64,000 bases of DNA from Verrucomicrobiota bacterium (GTDB taxonomy: Bacteria > Verrucomicrobiota > Verrucomicrobiia > Limisphaerales > AAA164-E04). The position numbers and the translations under genes were made by a program. Under the pieces are notes generated by a model that saw nothing but the letters and a program-made list of their open reading frames with translations, was not told the DNA's origin and ran no database searches. Below, piece after piece: positions 59,899-64,000 of the stretch (within the stretch, counting starts at the first letter, position 1; each line of letters opens with the position of its first letter). The stretch spans positions 5,536,001 through 5,600,000 of the forward strand of contig CP170459.1 of NCBI GenBank assembly GCA_047947115.1, written 5' to 3'.

Positions 59899-62421
59899 AT
59901 GAACTCATTTTTTAGCATGAAGAAACATTGCCGATGGATACGCAACCTCAGCCTGATCGGAGCCTTAGCCTGGTCTGGCCCGGAGATACTACAAGCTGCC
60001 GAACCGCAGGCAACCGCCCCTGATTCCTTGAATATCAAGGAAGGCTTCAACGTCGAGCTGCTATATTCCGTACCCAAAGACCAGCAAGGCTCCTGGGTGG
60101 CCATGTGCGTGGACGACAAGGGACGCATGATTGCTTCGGATCAATACGGCAGCCTGTTCCGCATCACGCCCCCGCCCATCGGCCAATCGGAAGGTTCCAA
60201 GGTGGAAGTGATCAAACTTGATATCGGTCATGCACAAGGTTTGGTTTACGCTTGGAATTCTCTCTACGCCGTCACCAACGCCACGGAGCATCAGGGACGA
60301 GGACTCTACCGCATCACAGACACGAATGGAGACGATCAGCTCGACAATGTTGTTCTACTGAAAAAATTTGCTGAAGAAGGCGGCGAACACGGCCCGCACG
60401 CCGTGATTGTGGGACCCGACGAACAGTCGCTCTACGTCGTCATTGGCAACCAAACAACCATGGTGGATCATGACATCAGCCGCCCTACCCCGGTGTGGCA
60501 GGAAGACTTGCTGCTGCCACGGATTTATGGAAACGGGTTCATGCGTGGCGTTCTGGCACCCCGGGGATGGATTGCCAAAACCGATCCCGAAGGCAAATCC
60601 TGGGAGATCATCGCAACGGGTTTCCGAAATGAATACGATGCCGCCTTCAACCGCCATGGCGAACTGTTCACCTATGATGCGGATATGGAATGGGACGTGA
60701 ACACACCCTGGTACCGGCCGACACGTGTCTGCATGGTCCCCAGTGGGGCGGAATTCGGATGGCGCAACGGCTCAGGTAAATGGCCGGCCTACTACCCCGA
60801 CAGCCTTCCTCCGGTGGTGGACATCGGCCCAGGTTCGCCAACAGGTGTGTGCTTTGGTTACGGAGCCAAATTTCCTGCAAAGTATCAGGAAGCCTTTTTC
60901 ATCAATGACTGGAGTTACGGAAAACTATATGCTGTTCACCTGAATCCGGAAGGATCCGCTTACTCCGCCGAGTTCGAAGAATTCATCACCGGTTCCCCCC
61001 TCCCCCTGACCGACATCGTGGTCAGCCCTCACGATGGAGCCATGTATTTCGCTATCGGAGGACGACGCACCAAATCCGGACTTTACCGCGTCACCTACAC
61101 AGGCAATGAATCCACAGCACCATCCTCCGTCATGACAGGTGGCGAGGCCGAACGTGCCGTGCGACGCCATCTGGAATCTTTCCACGGACGCCAGGATCCA
61201 CAGGCCATCATCACCGCATGGCCATTTCTCGGCAGCAAAGACAGGTTCCTCCGATTTGCCGCCCGCATTGCCATCGAACATCAACCCGTAAGCTCCTGGT
61301 CGGAAAAAGTATTCGAAGAAACTGATGTGCACGCCCGCCTGACCGGATTGCTCGCTTTGACTCGAGTAGGCACTCCCGACCTGAAAGGAAAAATCCTCGA
61401 GGCATTGAACGCTGTTTCCTGGAATACCCTGACGGATGAACAAAAGCTTGAGTTTCTCCGGGTCTACAGCCTCACGTTCATCAGAATGGGAGAAGCCACC
61501 GCAGCCGAAGCACAAAAGGCCATCGCAAAATTGGACCCTGTATTTCCAGCTGACGACCGATTTATCAACGCCGAGTTGTGCCAACTCCTGGTTTACGTTC
61601 AATCACCGCAAACAGCCGCCAAGGGAGTGGCGTTGTTGGAATCAGCCCCCAGTCAGGAAGAACAGATCGATTACGCAAAATCCCTCCGCCTGCTGAGGAG
61701 AGGCTGGAATTCCAACCTTCAAGAGCGCTACTTCAAATGGTTCATCAAAGCGGCTTCTTATCGTGGAGGCGCCAGTTTCAGCAAGTTTGTCGAATCCATC
61801 AAGACCGATGCCCTCGGCATGCTCACCGATGCACAGAAGGAATCCATGAAAGATATTCTGGAAGCGGAACCTGAATTCACCTCGCCGCTCGAAGTGTTGG
61901 CCGCTCGCAGTTTCGTCAAGGATTGGTCTGTCGACGAACTGGCCAAGGCAGCCGAAGAAGGTCTGAAAGGCGGACGCAGTTTCGCCAAAGGTCGCAAGGT
62001 CTTTGGCGAGGCAGCCTGTTTCTCCTGTCACCGTTTCAGCGGTGAAGGCGGTTCCATGGGACCGGATCTGACCAGCGCAGCCGGTAAATTCAGCGCGCGA
62101 GACCTTCTGGAATCCATTATCACACCGAGCAAGGAAATCAGTGATCAATATGCACCGAGTGTCTTCACCCTGGAAGACGGAGATTCGGTCACCGGCCGCA
62201 TCGTAAATCTGGGCGATGACAACATCACAGTCAACGTGAACATGTTCGACCCCAATGGCAACGTCGGCATCGACAGAAAAAAGGTGGTCAGCATCAAACC
62301 CTCCACCGTTTCCATGATGCCGGAAGGACTCGCCAGCATGCTCGAAAAAGAAGAAATCCTCGACCTGTTGGCCTACGTGCTGTCGAGAGGTGACAAGAAT
62401 CACACGATGTTTAAAGAGTGA
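59899..62421 (+). CDS. PVC-type heme-binding dehydrogenase (sorbosone-DH-like propeller + HEAT + cytochrome c)
   Basis: GEHGPHA, GFRNEYD, TYDADMEWD..PWYRPTR, GPGSPTG, CFSCH, GPDLT, SMMPEGL. Confidence 0.88.
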   Translation: MNSFFSMKKHCRWIRNLSLIGALAWSGPEILQAAEPQATAPDSLNIKEGFNVELLYSVPKDQQGSWVAMCVDDKGRMIASDQYGSLFRITPPPIGQSEGSKVEVIKLDIGHAQGLVYAWNSLYAVTNATEHQGRGLYRITDTNGDDQLDNVVLLKKFAEEGGEHGPHAVIVGPDEQSLYVVIGNQTTMVDHDISRPTPVWQEDLLLPRIYGNGFMRGVLAPRGWIAKTDPEGKSWEIIATGFRNEYDAAFNRHGELFTYDADMEWDVNTPWYRPTRVCMVPSGAEFGWRNGSGKWPAYYPDSLPPVVDIGPGSPTGVCFGYGAKFPAKYQEAFFINDWSYGKLYAVHLNPEGSAYSAEFEEFITGSPLPLTDIVVSPHDGAMYFAIGGRRTKSGLYRVTYTGNESTAPSSVMTGGEAERAVRRHLESFHGRQDPQAIITAWPFLGSKDRFLRFAARIAIEHQPVSSWSEKVFEETDVHARLTGLLALTRVGTPDLKGKILEALNAVSWNTLTDEQKLEFLRVYSLTFIRMGEATAAEAQKAIAKLDPVFPADDRFINAELCQLLVYVQSPQTAAKGVALLESAPSQEEQIDYAKSLRLLRRGWNSNLQERYFKWFIKAASYRGGASFSKFVESIKTDALGMLTDAQKESMKDILEAEPEFTSPLEVLAARSFVKDWSVDELAKAAEEGLKGGRSFAKGRKVFGEAACFSCHRFSGEGGSMGPDLTSAAGKFSARDLLESIITPSKEISDQYAPSVFTLEDGDSVTGRIVNLGDDNITVNVNMFDPNGNVGIDRKKVVSIKPSTVSMMPEGLASMLEKEEILDLLAYVLSRGDKNHTMFKE

Positions 62422-62566
62422 ATAGAGAATTCAAAATAGTAAATGACTGAGGATGGCGTGTTGGTTGCTGTGGGTTTTCCACCCGAGATTGAACTCAAAG
62501 GACGAAAGCACAGGACCACACGCCGGGACGGCACGTTCCATCAATCATTTACTATTTGAAATTCAA

Positions 62567-63298
62567 TCACCACCATTTCCAATCGGAATCGGGAGCGGGC
62601 GACCAAATCCAATCAGGTGCTTCATCCGGGAACTTGAAAAAATCGACGTGACCATCCCCGAACAGGATGTTGTTTCGAAACTGTCCTTTGATGTTGTGCC
62701 ATAGATACTGGACATCATCGTTGCCACGGTTTGGATGCCAGTTCCAGTCGCCTTGAATGATCTTGTTGACGGGACTCCGGGCGATTTCGCTGGTCTTAAT
62801 GGATCGAACTTTAGGGTCGCCCTTGATCCCGCACACCATCTTCACGCGAAAGGATGAATGGGAAAACTGTGGCAGATAACTGTTGCCATATGATTTGAAA
62901 CATTGTTTCACCTTGTGCAAGGAATCGCCTTTGTCAGAGGGACAAGCGAATACTGTTTGTCCGGGCGCATAGTGATTCAACGGTCGCTCCTCAAACGGAG
63001 TTTCCCAACTGTATAAACCCGGTTGACCTGGCAAATCCCCCCTCTGCCCTCCAGCCGTTCCCCAGTTCGTCAAAGCCGGATAATAATCATCATTGTCATC
63101 GGCATACATGATGTAGGCCAGGCCAATTTGCCGTTGGTTGCTCAGGCACTTGACATTTTGAGCCTTGGATTTCGCCCGGGAAAGAGCCGGGAGCAACATA
63201 CCTGCCAGAATGGCAATAATAGCGATGACCACCAATAGCTCGATTAATGTAAAGCCAGAAAAGGAACGTCGATTCAGGAAGGTAAACGATCGGTTCAT
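62567..63298 (-). CDS. Prepilin-type N-terminal cleavage/methylation protein with H-X9-DG-like motif
   Basis: [32 protein letters not shown]...[10 protein letters not shown]. Confidence 0.9.
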   Translation of the reverse strand: MNRSFTFLNRRSFSGFTLIELLVVIAIIAILAGMLLPALSRAKSKAQNVKCLSNQRQIGLAYIMYADDNDDYYPALTNWGTAGGQRGDLPGQPGLYSWETPFEERPLNHYAPGQTVFACPSDKGDSLHKVKQCFKSYGNSYLPQFSHSSFRVKMVCGIKGDPKVRSIKTSEIARSPVNKIIQGDWNWHPNRGNDDVQYLWHNIKGQFRNNILFGDGHVDFFKFPDEAPDWIWSPAPDSDWKWW

Positions 63299-63322
63299 AA
63301 CAATGGGATTTTTTTGGGAGTT

Positions 63323-64000
63323 TTATTTGATAGGAAAATGAATCATGGTGACAGTGTCTTCTTCTTTGGTCGTTGATGGATCACTTTCGTAAATCTCAAA
63401 AGCTGGGATTTTTTTGTTTTGCCGAAACACTTTGGCTTGGGCGCGCATCATTCCGGATGACCAGGCATTCCCCAAATGGTGATAGGGGCCGGTATGCTTC
63501 ACGCGAAAAACCGGGCAAGCAGTCAATTCGGCACTGACAAAGCCTTCCGGCAAGTTTTCAGGCACGGCTTTGACCGGATAACCGGTGGTGAATTCCGTGG
63601 TCCCTTTGGATAGGTGAAACCTATGATAGACCGCAAATGGATTCTCAGCGATTTCTAGATTGGAATCCTTGAACCATTGCACAAGCCTCTCAAAATCTGC
63701 TTTCATCTGATCGCCGATCTGTGTCATGGAGCATTGCGCCCGAATTCCCACGTACTGGAACCCTTCAAAATCTGCTTGCCCAGGATATTCCAATTTGGAA
63801 TGCACATTGCCGGTTTCGAGATAGTCCTTCAACATACGCAGGCCGCGGTCATAATCCATCCCGATCATGGCAATCATCATGCCCTTCATGAAAAAGAGAA
63901 ACGATGGCAAGGAACTGTCCATGGTCCAGGTGACCCGCACACCATCGCCTTCTGGCTGAAACAAAAAACTGAATGTCGCTTTTGATTTCCAGGGCTTGAG
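63323..64000 (-). CDS. SRPBCC + GyrI-like effector-binding protein; 5' end beyond the window
   Basis: VTWTM...IGMDYDRGLRMLK (SRPBCC end); HTGPYHHLGNAW, FEIYESDP (GyrI-like). Confidence 0.82.
   Translation of the reverse strand, partial: LKPWKSKATFSFLFQPEGDGVRVTWTMDSSLPSFLFFMKGMMIAMIGMDYDRGLRMLKDYLETGNVHSKLEYPGQADFEGFQYVGIRAQCSMTQIGDQMKADFERLVQWFKDSNLEIAENPFAVYHRFHLSKGTTEFTTGYPVKAVPENLPEGFVSAELTACPVFRVKHTGPYHHLGNAWSSGMMRAQAKVFRQNKKIPAFEIYESDPSTTKEEDTVTMIHFPIK

Overview
Genomic window from a PVC-superphylum bacterium, most likely Verrucomicrobiota. This is inferred from the DUF1549/DUF1553 plus DUF1501 pair, prepilin H-X9-DG proteins, a PVC-type heme dehydrogenase and large secreted proteins with a shared C-terminal domain. 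From about 11.5 to 55 kb the window is dominated by phosphorus-starvation functions: GDPD, a YncE-phosphoesterase, PIN-PhoH, PhoX, PhoD-PA14, a giant phytase-like/5'-nucleotidase/choice-of-anchor-I protein, a btaAB-PHP-GT4 non-phosphorus lipid operon and a partial oxidative phosphonate set (PhnZ-like, DUF5690, Zn-ADH). The most striking signal is an in-frame TGA (23634-23636) inside a continuous FG-GAP/ASPIC-UnbV-TlpA-TPR lipoprotein gene. It is followed directly by a hairpin resembling the E. coli fdhF SECIS, making this a candidate selenoprotein. Other notable items are an orphan operon of a secreted disulfide-hairpin protein plus three tandem paralogs of an unknown domain, a cytochrome c/acetolactate-decarboxylase-like fusion, a shared C-terminal sorting-like domain and 11-bp-spaced promoter repeats. 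Two single-G homopolymer frameshifts and two in-frame stops could be real or sequencing errors. One tRNA (CAT, Ile2-type) is present. No CRISPR array, rRNA or intact mobile element was seen. All family assignments come from motif recognition, not database searches.
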